From contig CAWDRG010000017.1 in assembly GCA_963804645.1 (NCBI GenBank), forward strand, positions 320,001 through 384,000: 64,000 bases of DNA, in the 5' to 3' direction. Both the position numbers and the translations under genes were made by a program. The stretch is from an uncultured Bacillota bacterium (GTDB taxonomy: Bacteria; Sysuimicrobiota; Sysuimicrobiia; Sysuimicrobiales; Segetimicrobiaceae). Positions 20,381-30,043 of the stretch are shown here, piece by piece (position 1 is the stretch's first letter; each line of letters begins with the position of its first letter). Below the pieces are notes generated by a model, which was not told where the DNA came from, did not search any database, and saw nothing but the letters and a program-made list of their open reading frames with translations.

Positions 20381-21271
20381 CTAGCGTCTGCCGCCAAGCC
20401 AGGGATCCAAGGCGTCACGGATCGAATCCCCCAAGAGGTTGAATGCGAACACGAGCGTCAGGATGGCAAGGCCGGGAAAGGTTGCGACCCACCATTGATC
20501 CATCACGTCGACCCCGTCCGAGACCATCGATCCCCACTCCGGCTGCGGCGGTCGCGCTCCCAGGCCGAGAAAGCTCAGCGTGGCAAACATCAAAATCGCC
20601 CGCCCGATGTCGATCGCGGCCATCACTAGGAGCGCGGGGAGCACGTTCGGCATGATCACTTTGTACAGCGTATGCAGCGGCAAGCGTCCCGACGCCCGCG
20701 ACGCGATGACGTACTCCTTCTCCCGCAAATCCATCACGAGGCCCCTGCACACCCGCACGTACTGGGGCCACCAGACGACCGCCAACGCCATCACGCCGTG
20801 AATCAGACTCGCGCCCAGCGCCGCGGCGACGGCCATCGCCAGGACCAACACGGGAAAGGCCAAGACCATGTCGGTCACTCGCATGATCACCTCGTCCACG
20901 GCGCCGCCGACGTATCCGGCGATCGCCCCGAGAGAAATCCCGACGGTCAGGCCGATGCCTACCACGATCATGGCCGCGGGCACTGAGGTCCGCCCCCCGT
21001 AGAGGACCCGGCGAAGAACATCCCGCCCCACCTCGTCGGTGCCGAGCGGGTGGGCAAGACTGGGTGGCTGCAGCCGGATGTCGACGTTCTGGGCGATGGG
21101 GCTCCCGGGGGTCAGGAAACCGGCACCGGCCACGGCGATGACCCACGCCAGAATCACCGCCAGGGCGATGGTCATCTGTGGATCGTGGGTGGCAACGCTG
21201 ACCCACGTTCGAACGACGACAGAGGAGTGCCCGAAGGCACCGGCGTTTCCGCGGCGTGACACGGCACACAT
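20381..21271 (-). CDS. Peptide/nickel ABC transporter permease (OppC/DppC)
   Basis: HPLGTDEVGRD, LSFLGLG..PPQPEWG, FNLLGDSIRDALDP. Confidence 0.93.
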   Translation of the reverse strand: MCAVSRRGNAGAFGHSSVVVRTWVSVATHDPQMTIALAVILAWVIAVAGAGFLTPGSPIAQNVDIRLQPPSLAHPLGTDEVGRDVLRRVLYGGRTSVPAAMIVVGIGLTVGISLGAIAGYVGGAVDEVIMRVTDMVLAFPVLVLAMAVAAALGASLIHGVMALAVVWWPQYVRVCRGLVMDLREKEYVIASRASGRLPLHTLYKVIMPNVLPALLVMAAIDIGRAILMFATLSFLGLGARPPQPEWGSMVSDGVDVMDQWWVATFPGLAILTLVFAFNLLGDSIRDALDPWLGGRR

Positions 21272-21436
21272 CCTACGTCACCGCGTCCACGACCGGTGTC
21301 GTGTGTCCTTCCGACGCACCGCAGGGCGGCGCCGTCGGCGTCGCGGCACCGCGGCGAACGCGCGCCGTCCGGGCCTCATCAAGAAGACGCTGGGAGCCGC
21401 CGCACCGCAACCCTCCCCGCCGACGGTGGGACGCAT

Positions 21437-22456
21437 TTACTGGTGCCTGGTCGTCATGGCGGCTCGGATCCGCGGGTCCAGCAACGCATAGACGATATCC
21501 ACGCTCAGATTGACCGCGGTGTAGATGATGCCGAAGATCAGCGTGACACCCATGATCGCCGGAAAATCCGCGTAGATCGCCGCCTCGTAGGCATAATGGC
21601 CGATCCCCGGCCATCCGAAGATGGCTTCGATCAGGATCACGCCCGTCAGCAGGTCGCCGTAGGCGAGTCCCACGATCGTGACGACTGGAATCAAGGCATT
21701 CGGCGCCGCGTGGCCGAGGATGGTGCGAAGCTCCGTCGCACCCTTGCTACGTGCCATCTGCAGAAACCCCTGCGGCAACACGGATAACATGCTTGTGCGG
21801 GTCATGCGCGTGAGGGCGCCGGTGCTCCACGACGCAAGGATCAGCGCCGGTAGCGCCAAGTGGGACAGCGCATCCCAAAAGGTGCCCATGTCGCCGGCGA
21901 TGAGGCTGTCGATCGTGTACATGCCGGTCACCGTCGGGGGGGGTATGTCGGTCGGGCTAAGTCGTCCAGGAGCCGGGACGATTCCCCAGTGCAGGTAGAA
22001 CACGTCCAAGGCGGCCAGGGCGAGCCAGAAAATCGGCATGGCGACACCGATCAACGTCAGGAGCCGCACGATCAGATCGATAATAGTTCCGCGCTCGACG
22101 GCGGCAAGCATCCCCAGCGGCACGGACACGACGGCGCTCAAGAGAATGGTGGCGGTCGCCAGCTCGATCGTGGCTGGCATGTAGGCTTCCAAATCGTCGG
22201 TGACCGGACGGTGCGTGTAAATCGATTCCGAGAGATCGCCGTGCAGAAGGTTCTTCATGTACGTGAGGTATTGGACCGGCAGCGGCTTATCGAGTCCCCA
22301 GTGCTTGCGATAGGCCGCGACAATGGCCGGGTGATCTGCTGCCTGCTGGCCAAGCGCGGCGACGATGGGGTCGGTGGGGATCGCGCGGCTCACGGCGAAC
22401 GCGATCGCGGTCATGCCCAACAGGATCGGCACAAGGAAGATCAGTCTTCGAGCCAC
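21437..22456 (-). CDS. Peptide/nickel ABC transporter permease (OppB/DppB)
   Basis: GLDKPLPVQY, PATIELA, ARSKG, DIVYALLDPRIR. Confidence 0.95.
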   Translation of the reverse strand: MARRLIFLVPILLGMTAIAFAVSRAIPTDPIVAALGQQAADHPAIVAAYRKHWGLDKPLPVQYLTYMKNLLHGDLSESIYTHRPVTDDLEAYMPATIELATATILLSAVVSVPLGMLAAVERGTIIDLIVRLLTLIGVAMPIFWLALAALDVFYLHWGIVPAPGRLSPTDIPPPTVTGMYTIDSLIAGDMGTFWDALSHLALPALILASWSTGALTRMTRTSMLSVLPQGFLQMARSKGATELRTILGHAAPNALIPVVTIVGLAYGDLLTGVILIEAIFGWPGIGHYAYEAAIYADFPAIMGVTLIFGIIYTAVNLSVDIVYALLDPRIRAAMTTRHQ

Positions 22457-22777
22457 ATAAATGATCGTGGTGGCTGCTCCCCGATCCAGATTACACGGTC
22501 AGAAACGTCGTCGGCACGGTCACGTCAGGCCCGCGCGCGTACCGATCGTCGCCTGCGCTTCTCCCCGCGGCAGGGGGCGGACCGGAGCCGTTCCACTCGC
22601 GGTCCGTCCTCGCCGCGTGGCGGTCCCTAAGGCGCCCTGACGGTCCCGCCCGCCGTCGCGTCGCGCGCGGCACCCCGACCGCGGGCGCTCGCGGCGCGGG
22701 GCGCCAACCTTCGACTGCGGACGCGCATCCCTCCCACGCCTTGCAGCATCCGTCGTTCACAAGCTCCGTTGACCGTG

Positions 22778-24436
22778 CTAGGCCGGCTCGACGTTCCCCG
22801 CGTCGAGGAACCAGACCGGGTTGGTCGCCATCGGCTTGAGGATGTCCTTGCGGTACCCGATCTGGACATTGGCCTCAAACAGCCACACGTAGGGCCCCAC
22901 TTGGTTCATCAACCGCTGGGCCTCGTAGCACAGCTGCTGCTGCTTCATGGGGTCGAGCGTCGTCACGGCCTGCGCCGACAGATCGGCGATCTTCTTGGCA
23001 TCGGCGGAAAACTCGGGTGTCCATCCTTGACGAGGCGCCGCCACATGTCCGCCCGGGGCGAACACGGGGAGGAAGTCTGTCCACCCGATGTAATCGGCCC
23101 CCCACTCGTGAATGTCCGCCTCCAATCTGCCGGCTCGGAAATCCGTAGATTCCTGGGTCGCCGGGATAGGATGAAGATTGGCCGTGAGGCCAATTTGCGC
23201 GAGGTCGCTTTGCACCTTCTCGGCGATCACGGACGAGGGAATGTTCCAGAAGAGCTCGTCGGACGGATACGTCAGCTGGAACGTGAACCCGTGCGGATAG
23301 CCCGCGGCCGCGAGGGCGGCCTTCGCACGCGGGATATCCCGCTTGAACCGCTCCGCAACCGGCAGCGCGTTCGGAAGCCCGGGTGGAATGACCCCCGCAA
23401 GGGGCTGCCCGCCCCCGCGGTAGATCTTCGCCATGCCATCGTAGTCGATGGCGTACTTAACCGCCTCCCACGACTTGGGTGACTTCAGGGCCGGGTTCCG
23501 GTTCACGTGGAACCCAATCCACGGGAATCCGAGCGATGGGATGTTCAGAACGCCTACCGTCTTCGAATTTTCGAGCTCGGCGGCCAGGTCCGGTGTGAGG
23601 TTCGCCGCGATGTGTGCGTCCCCCCGCACGAGGAGGTCGCGCTGGGTGTTTGCATCTTTGGCGAATCTGAACACGACCCGCTCAAAGGGCGACGGCGTCC
23701 CCCAATAGTTTGGATTGCGCTTCATCGTCAACTCGGACCCGTGGGCCCAGGTGTCCAGCACAAATGGGCCGCTGCCGGCACTGTGCTCATCGATCCAGGC
23801 TCGCGCGGTATCGGTCGTCGCCGCATTCGTAGCGTCGTTGGCACCGTGCTGCGCGAGCACGGTGCTGTTGGCGATACTCAAGAACGGCGACGTGAGCAGA
23901 AACAGCCAGTCGGGGTTCACGGAGGTGAGCTTGATGGTCACCTGGTTCGTGCCGGTTTGCGCGATCGACGCAACACCGTCCTGAAACCAAGATGCGGGCC
24001 CCCCTAGATACTTCTGACGCTTCAACGAGAACACGACATCGTCCGCCGTGAGGACCTTCCCATCCGAGAACTTAACCCTGGGATTCAAGTTGAACACATA
24101 GGTCAGGCCGTCGGGACTCACCCTCCAGCTTGACGCAACATCTGCGACTACCCGGCTGAACACAGACCCCGGAAACGTCACCAATTGATCATACATGGCG
24201 ATCAAGAACATCGGAACGGTAAGCTCATTCGCACCCTGCGGGTCCAGGGTACGTGTATCCCCTTCCTCTGTCGCCACGACCAGCGTTGTGAGTTTGTTTG
24301 CCTGCGCGAAGGCTCTCGCCGCCGGCCCAAAGAGAAACGGGGCCGCCGCTGCCGCCCCCATACCGCCCAAAACCGCGCGCCTCGATATCCGTGTGCGCAG
24401 GAGCCGTTCAGCAGAATCACTCGACCGACCTCTCAT
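22778..24436 (-). CDS. Peptide/nickel ABC transporter substrate-binding protein with Tat signal
   Basis: SRRAVLGG twin-arginine signal; VKFSDG, GSGPF, RNPNYWG family 5 SBP motifs. Confidence 0.92.
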   Translation of the reverse strand: MRGRSSDSAERLLRTRISRRAVLGGMGAAAAAPFLFGPAARAFAQANKLTTLVVATEEGDTRTLDPQGANELTVPMFLIAMYDQLVTFPGSVFSRVVADVASSWRVSPDGLTYVFNLNPRVKFSDGKVLTADDVVFSLKRQKYLGGPASWFQDGVASIAQTGTNQVTIKLTSVNPDWLFLLTSPFLSIANSTVLAQHGANDATNAATTDTARAWIDEHSAGSGPFVLDTWAHGSELTMKRNPNYWGTPSPFERVVFRFAKDANTQRDLLVRGDAHIAANLTPDLAAELENSKTVGVLNIPSLGFPWIGFHVNRNPALKSPKSWEAVKYAIDYDGMAKIYRGGGQPLAGVIPPGLPNALPVAERFKRDIPRAKAALAAAGYPHGFTFQLTYPSDELFWNIPSSVIAEKVQSDLAQIGLTANLHPIPATQESTDFRAGRLEADIHEWGADYIGWTDFLPVFAPGGHVAAPRQGWTPEFSADAKKIADLSAQAVTTLDPMKQQQLCYEAQRLMNQVGPYVWLFEANVQIGYRKDILKPMATNPVWFLDAGNVEPA

Positions 24437-24697
24437 ACGCTCACCCCCGCTCAATTGTGTCTCTCCACGCCGCTTCCTATGGTGCTGCTGCGCCGTGGCC
24501 CCCGTCCATGCCGAGCGACGGGGGCGCGCCGGTGGACTGAACAGCGCCGAACGGTAGTACGGCCTCACCCACTCCAGTCCATAGCTGAAGCTTGCTTTCT
24601 GTTTCGGGCCACCCGGACCGCCCGGACCGTGTAGTATAAAGTTGAGCGCGCCATGAACCAGCTGGCGGGGCCGGCTGATCGACCCCGCCACGCCGGG

Positions 24698-25612
24698 TTA
24701 TAGTTGCGCCCACGCGTCGGCGAAGACGCGCTTGGTACCCGCGATCACCGTAGCCGTGTCCTCGCCCGGTCGCGGCTTCACCTCGAAGCTCAGAAACGGC
24801 AAGTGTGCCGTACTGCCCAGGAACCCGATTTCGAACAGCACACGCAGGTATTCGAGCACCTCCCGCGTGTCGTTTTTTCCGCCCGCGATGCCGAACCGTG
24901 GATGCTGGTCCCCGTACGCAACATGGGCAGGATCGTCCATGACGCAGTTACCAATGTGTGCGTGTACGAGGTGTGCGCGCGCGGCGACAAGCGCGTCGCG
25001 CGTTTGCTCACCGAGCAACGGAAGGTGGCTCAGGTCCAGCAACAGTCCGAACTCGGGATACTCCCGCCGCACCGCTTCGGAGATCTCTACGCACAGCGAC
25101 GTCGGCCCGGCGAGGCACTTCTTTTCGATCGCCCGGTCGAAAGTCTCGAGCACAATCGCCATGCCCCGCTGACGGGCGTACCCGGAGAGTTCCATCAGCG
25201 AGTTCACAAGCTTGGTCTTGGCCTTGACTTCGTCTGCCGGCCCTGGGTACGGACCGCTCAACACCACAACGGCCTTCGCGTCGAGCGCGGCGCCCTGGTC
25301 GATGCACTCCTGCACGAGGGTAACCGCACTCTGCCGTGTCGGCTCGTCGAGGGCGTTGAGGTCTCCCTTCGTCGCAAGCAGCGCCGGCCCAGCGGCGAAT
25401 CCGACGGCGAGGTGGCTTTCGCGCAGCACCGCCGCCGCTGCCGCCCGCTCCGCGGCGTCGTGCGCCCATGAAACCTCGATCGCTGTAAAGAACTCATCGG
25501 CGGCGATTTGCCGAATTGTGTCGGCGTAAGGCCCGTCGCCCGTCATCACCGCCGGGAACGCCATGCAATGCACGATCCCCAACCGAAGATACCGGTTCCA
25601 AGACTCCTGCAT
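24698..25612 (-). CDS. Sugar phosphate isomerase/epimerase (xylose-isomerase-like TIM barrel)
   Basis: Metal ligands in VLETFD, LDLSH, HAHIGN, SFEVKP. Confidence 0.85.
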   Translation of the reverse strand: MQESWNRYLRLGIVHCMAFPAVMTGDGPYADTIRQIAADEFFTAIEVSWAHDAAERAAAAAVLRESHLAVGFAAGPALLATKGDLNALDEPTRQSAVTLVQECIDQGAALDAKAVVVLSGPYPGPADEVKAKTKLVNSLMELSGYARQRGMAIVLETFDRAIEKKCLAGPTSLCVEISEAVRREYPEFGLLLDLSHLPLLGEQTRDALVAARAHLVHAHIGNCVMDDPAHVAYGDQHPRFGIAGGKNDTREVLEYLRVLFEIGFLGSTAHLPFLSFEVKPRPGEDTATVIAGTKRVFADAWAQL

Positions 25613-25736
25613 GGCTCACCTCTCAATCCATGCCGTACAGACGCTGATGCAACTCCCGTGTTCCATGGGCAACGCTCCCGTCCAGCACAACGGAAGACGC
25701 CCCACCACAGGAGAGCCAAACCATGGCCCCAACCAA

Positions 25737-25752
25737 TTTCATTAAAATGAGA
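25737..25752. promoter_or_regulatory. Imperfect palindrome, possible repressor operator (IclR-like)
   Basis: TTTCAT-TAAA-ATGAGA about 125 bp upstream of the TIM-barrel/Opp operon; TTGACA on the minus strand at 25790-25795. Confidence 0.4.
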
Positions 25753-26082
25753 CGTGTCCGGAAAATCCATCGGGCCCCGGGTGTATCTTTGTCAACAGCA
25801 AGTATCTGAGCAATAACAATCTTGTTCGATACAGGGACAAGTCGTTATGCGTCCGGCGGATTCGCACAGGCGAGGCAGGATCGTCGCGGGCGTTACTTGC
25901 GAAGTAGCAACAGCCGAGCCGGCCATCCTGTGAGCCAAGGATGATGCCCGCGACCGCGCAATGCCCCCAACGCGGCACAACGGGCGGTGACTGTTGGGAT
26001 CAGGACGCAACCGGAAGCCGATCTGACCTCCGCTATAGCGCGGGGGAAGTCCCACGGGACCCTTTCAGCCCAGTCGCGCATT

Positions 26083-26692
26083 TCAGCCTCGCGAGCGCGC
26101 GACTCGCCTGAGCGCCAGGGGCACGATGCCTGCGAGGATCAGTAACATCGACGACGGCTCAGGGACGGGACTTGCATGTCCTTGTACCGTGAACGGAGTG
26201 GCCTGGCCGGTCGCCGGGTCCACGCCCACGACATACGCCTGATGAGCACTATCATAAATCGTTGCCACGTCTGTCACGGGCGGGTCCGGGGCGGTGAGTC
26301 CGAATACCGGAGTCCCCTCTTGCGCGCCGCCACTCTCGCTAAAGCACCACGTAATCATGCCGGGAGCGAATGGTGGGAAGAAACCGTAATAAGTAGGGAT
26401 CGACTGATAGGGGCACATACTGGTGTACGTGTCGGTAGAAGGTTTGTATCCACGGCGAAAATCCAGGCCCATTCGCAACCGTTGACACGACATTTCCCGG
26501 ATCCGGGATGGAAAATGTTCCCGCGAATCCTTGGAAGTTGACGATCTGATAATCGTACTGATAGAGGCCCGATGGCAGGAGCGTGACGGAGCCACTTGGA
26601 CTATCCCCCAGATGGATCATCGTCGTGGCGCTTCCCGGGACAGCGGTGCACAGCACGATGGCAAGAACGATCCATGTCGCACGTCCCCACAT
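26083..26692 (-). CDS. PEP-CTERM sorting-domain protein (frameshifted near 26440)
   Basis: Signal peptide MWGRATWIVLAIVLCTAVPGSA in one frame; VPEPSSMLLILAGIVPLALRRVARSRG tail in another. Confidence 0.75.
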
Positions 26693-26866
26693 GTGAGGTG
26701 CCCCTCCCACGATTGGAAACGCTAGATTACCACGTACCCCGTTCGCCGGAACATCCCAATAGCGAACCAAATCGCGCGACTAGAATACTCGGAAACACCT
26801 CCGCGCGAATCCGATGAGCCCGAAGACGCCGCCGGTGCCGAGCAACGCCAGGCTGCTAGGTTCAGG
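26677..26866. repeat. Direct repeat copy A (PEP-CTERM tail + spacer + MWGRA start)
   Basis: Closely matches 27523-27710, e.g. shared CCCCTCCCACGATTGGAAACGCTAGATTACCAC. Confidence 0.9.
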
Positions 26867-27538
26867 TAATGGAATACACAAGCAACCCCCGCCCCCGGTA
26901 GGCAGGTTGGTTTCGAAGACCGCGGGAGCACCGCAGCACTCAGAGTAGACCATCTCCAACGACACATTGTTGAGAGTCGGGCCAGTATAGGTGAGAACGT
27001 TCTGAATCGGCGATGTCGGGAGCGGGCTCATTCCAGGGAGGGCAACCCGGTTGATGAGGATGGTCATGCCATCGTCGTGAGTCACGGTGAATTGCTCACC
27101 GTTTGTCACGTTCACGGTCCCCTGAAAGTCCCAGTATGAGTTGTTCATGGTATTGACCAGGGCAGCCGGAACGCCGAACCCGCTGGGGCTAGCAAAGCTC
27201 CCGAGGACCTGCGTACCGACGACGGGCTGGGTAGCCAGCCAAGGGCCGAGGGTGTACGCAGTCGTCGGCCCCGTACATATCCCACTGGGCGAAAGGGTCA
27301 GGCAAGAACTGAAGAAGAGGTCGTCGCTCGATGTCACCGTAAACGTCAGGTCCGGCGGTGACGGTGGAGTGGGCAACGATGCATTCATGGACACCGAGGC
27401 GGGTTGGTTAAGCCAAGCACTTCCGGTCAATGTCACTGGGACGGCCTGCGCCGCACCTGCCCCGAGAGCCAGCCCCACACCGCACAGAAGGGCTATGCTC
27501 GCCATTTTCAGTGCTGCGCGAATCGCACGTCCCCACAT
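26780..27538 (-). CDS. PEP-CTERM protein with PA14-like passenger domain
   Basis: Signal peptide ending AQA; THDDG and YSECCGAPAV; LPEPSSLALLGTGG...ARR tail. Confidence 0.88.
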   Translation of the reverse strand: MWGRAIRAALKMASIALLCGVGLALGAGAAQAVPVTLTGSAWLNQPASVSMNASLPTPPSPPDLTFTVTSSDDLFFSSCLTLSPSGICTGPTTAYTLGPWLATQPVVGTQVLGSFASPSGFGVPAALVNTMNNSYWDFQGTVNVTNGEQFTVTHDDGMTILINRVALPGMSPLPTSPIQNVLTYTGPTLNNVSLEMVYSECCGAPAVFETNLPTGGGGCLCIPLPEPSSLALLGTGGVFGLIGFARRCFRVF

Positions 27539-27710
27539 GTGCGGTGCCCCCTCCCACGATTGGAAACGCTAGATTACCACATACCCCGTTCGCCGGAACA
27601 GCCCACTAGCGAGCCATACCGAGCGACTCCCGTACCCGGAAGCGTCTCCGCACGAATCCGATGAGCCCGAAAACGCCGGTGCCGAGCAACGCCAGGCTGC
27701 TGGGTTCAGG
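27523..27710. repeat. Direct repeat copy B
   Basis: Closely matches 26677-26866; offset about 846 bp. Confidence 0.9.
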
Positions 27711-28370
27711 AATTGGAGATACAACATTGAGTACCGCAGGAGCGCCGCAACACTCACTGTAGACCAACTCGATCGACGCGTCGTAGATGCTGGGACCAGT
27801 ATACGTGATGGTTTCCGGAACCGGCGACGTCGGTCCCGAGTTGGTCCCAGGGATGGCAGTGCCGTTCACGTAGAAGGTTACGCCATCTTCGTGGGTTATC
27901 GTGAACTGTTCCCCGTTGAATAAGTCCGCTGTCCCGGTGAAGGTCCAGTACGAGTTGTTCATGGTATTAGCCTGCGCGGCTGCGACGCCAAACCCGCTCG
28001 GGCTTCCGAAATTGTAGACGAACTGAAAGTCCCCCGGAGGCTGGTTGGCTAACCATGCGCCGACGTTATACGCTGACGACGGCTGAAGGACGCATCTCAA
28101 AGGACCACAAGACGTGAAAAAGAGGAGCTCGAAGGGCTCGGTGATCGGGGGCAATTCCGGTGGGTAGGCCGCCAAAAATGTCAGGTCCGGGGGTGTTGCC
28201 GGAGTTGGAAGCGTCGCGTTGCCCGCTACCGCTGGGTTGACGTTGAGCCAAGCACTTCCGAACAACGGCATATCAAAGCCCTCGGCCTGCGCCGCACCCG
28301 TTCCGAGAAATACACCGACGCCGCACACAATGGTCATGCTCGCCAGCTTCAGCCACAATGGTCCTTTCAT
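27606..28370 (-). CDS. PEP-CTERM protein, paralog of 26780-27538
   Basis: Signal peptide ending AQA; THEDG, YSECCGAPAV; IPEPSSLALLGTG...VRRR; RBS GAGGAG. Confidence 0.88.
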   Translation of the reverse strand: MKGPLWLKLASMTIVCGVGVFLGTGAAQAEGFDMPLFGSAWLNVNPAVAGNATLPTPATPPDLTFLAAYPPELPPITEPFELLFFTSCGPLRCVLQPSSAYNVGAWLANQPPGDFQFVYNFGSPSGFGVAAAQANTMNNSYWTFTGTADLFNGEQFTITHEDGVTFYVNGTAIPGTNSGPTSPVPETITYTGPSIYDASIELVYSECCGAPAVLNVVSPIPEPSSLALLGTGVFGLIGFVRRRFRVRESLGMAR

Positions 28371-28963
28371 GTTCTGTTCTCCTCGCAGACGCCGATTGAT
28401 CGTGCTGCTGGTGTTCGAAGATCGGGTTAACTTCTTGTTCCCGCCGAGCAAACCCAAGGTTCCGGACATTAGCTGTCGCATCTCGATGCCCCCCTCGTGG
28501 TGACCGCGAGCCTCACGCCCCGGTTTCACCTTCGCCCCGCCAGCCAGGCGTGGGCCATCAAGAAAGACAGCAATATCGTTCAATAAAACAACTATTGCCT
28601 GTTTCGCGACCCGGAGACACCCTCCGATTGGACAGGGGGGGAGGGTTCTTAAGGCCGTGTTACTGAGGCCGCGGATTCACGCCCCGGCTGAATCGCCACG
28701 GCGTCCACTTTCTGGATGCGCCGAAAGGAACTCTCTTCGGACCAGCCCCGGTCGGCGCGGTCGCGCCTTGCTGGATGCGGGTTTGCGGGAAACGGTTTCG
28801 ACCCCCTTTCGGGCCACCAACGTTTCTCCGCCCTCGGGGGAGGTGCTGGACAGGATCCCTCGGTCAGGCTACCCAAACAGGTGAATGTGCTCGCCCCAGT
28901 CGATCCTCCACTTTCGCGTACTGCGCCGGTCCCCACTCCATGTACGCACGGACTATGTGAGCA

Positions 28964-29968
28964 TCAAGAATGCGTCGGTACAAGCTTGCCAAGAGCTTGC
29001 CAGTCTGGTGTATAGCCACAATGCCAGTACAGCACAGGCCCGTCATCGAAGGCAGGTCTGCGAGACAGATACTGCTCCATCACCGACCACGTCTTGCCGC
29101 CGAAAATCGGATCGATACGGATGCCCGACTCCCGCTGCAACGTCACGCATAACCTGGCCACGTCCTCGGGGTATCTACCGAATCCGCCGTAGAGGCTGCT
29201 GGATACGAGCTCAATACGCTCCCGGGGAACATGGTCGCGTAAGCCAAGAAAGCGCTCGGTCCAACGGACGAGACCTAGCGTCCACAACCGCGCTTGCCCG
29301 GGATACACTTGAACCCCGACGATGCGCATCGGGGCGGATCCGTCGCATCGCAGAGCATGCTCCGCGAGAAGGAACCCAGCAAACGTGGTCCCGGAGGCCG
29401 CGGTAATAAATACCGTCTTCGGCAACGGACCGCCCGTCGCGCGTACTTGTGACACCATTTCGATAAACCCGCGCGCGGTGCCCACGACTCCAGCCGGATG
29501 CATGATACTCGGGAGCGCCACAAAAGGGCGCCGATTCCGCCTGCGGCTCTCCACCGCGGCACTGACCACGCACGCGACCGCACGCAGATGCCCCGAGCCG
29601 AGTAAGTGCACGTGGTCGCGAAGGTCACTAAGTATCTCTTCGCGCTCAGCGCGTGGTAATGCCGGTTCGTTGACGATGAAGATCTGCCAATGCAGCCCGA
29701 ACCGTTGAAGCACCGGCACAATATCGCGAACGAGATTGGTAATGTTGGCCACCACGGTGATGAGTTCATTGTAGCCATGCGCAAGCATGTATCCGACCAG
29801 GTGCTCGATCTTGCGAGTTTTCACCCCGCCTCGCCCATGCCCCGACAGGTCGTCACGTTTGATCAGGATTCCGGACGTCCCGGAGCGCGGCAAGAACGAA
29901 ATGGGCGTGGGCCACTGGCCCAAGTTGACCGTGGGAAAATCGAGCAGTCGCGCAAGATCAGACGGCAT
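28964..29968 (-). CDS. PLP-dependent enzyme, ACC deaminase / D-cysteine desulfhydrase family
   Basis: WPTPI, IKRDDLSG, GGVKTRKIE, ASGTTFAG, IDPIFGGK, LYWHCG. Confidence 0.88.
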   Translation of the reverse strand: MPSDLARLLDFPTVNLGQWPTPISFLPRSGTSGILIKRDDLSGHGRGGVKTRKIEHLVGYMLAHGYNELITVVANITNLVRDIVPVLQRFGLHWQIFIVNEPALPRAEREEILSDLRDHVHLLGSGHLRAVACVVSAAVESRRRNRRPFVALPSIMHPAGVVGTARGFIEMVSQVRATGGPLPKTVFITAASGTTFAGFLLAEHALRCDGSAPMRIVGVQVYPGQARLWTLGLVRWTERFLGLRDHVPRERIELVSSSLYGGFGRYPEDVARLCVTLQRESGIRIDPIFGGKTWSVMEQYLSRRPAFDDGPVLYWHCGYTPDWQALGKLVPTHS

Positions 29969-30043
29969 CCCCGGCTCCCCTCCAGCACTTCACGGGCACC
30001 GACCGTGGACGCCAGCGTCTGCGACACGCGACCTTGCCACCGC

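Noticed and set aside
26677..27710. Repeats considered as CRISPR or IS ends
   Set aside because: Only two long copies that include coding sequence; no spacers, cas genes or transposase
28400..28830. Possible c-di-AMP or c-di-GMP riboswitch (CGACAGCTAA, GCTGAATC fragments)
   Set aside because: The fragments are on inconsistent strands and the remaining consensus elements are missing
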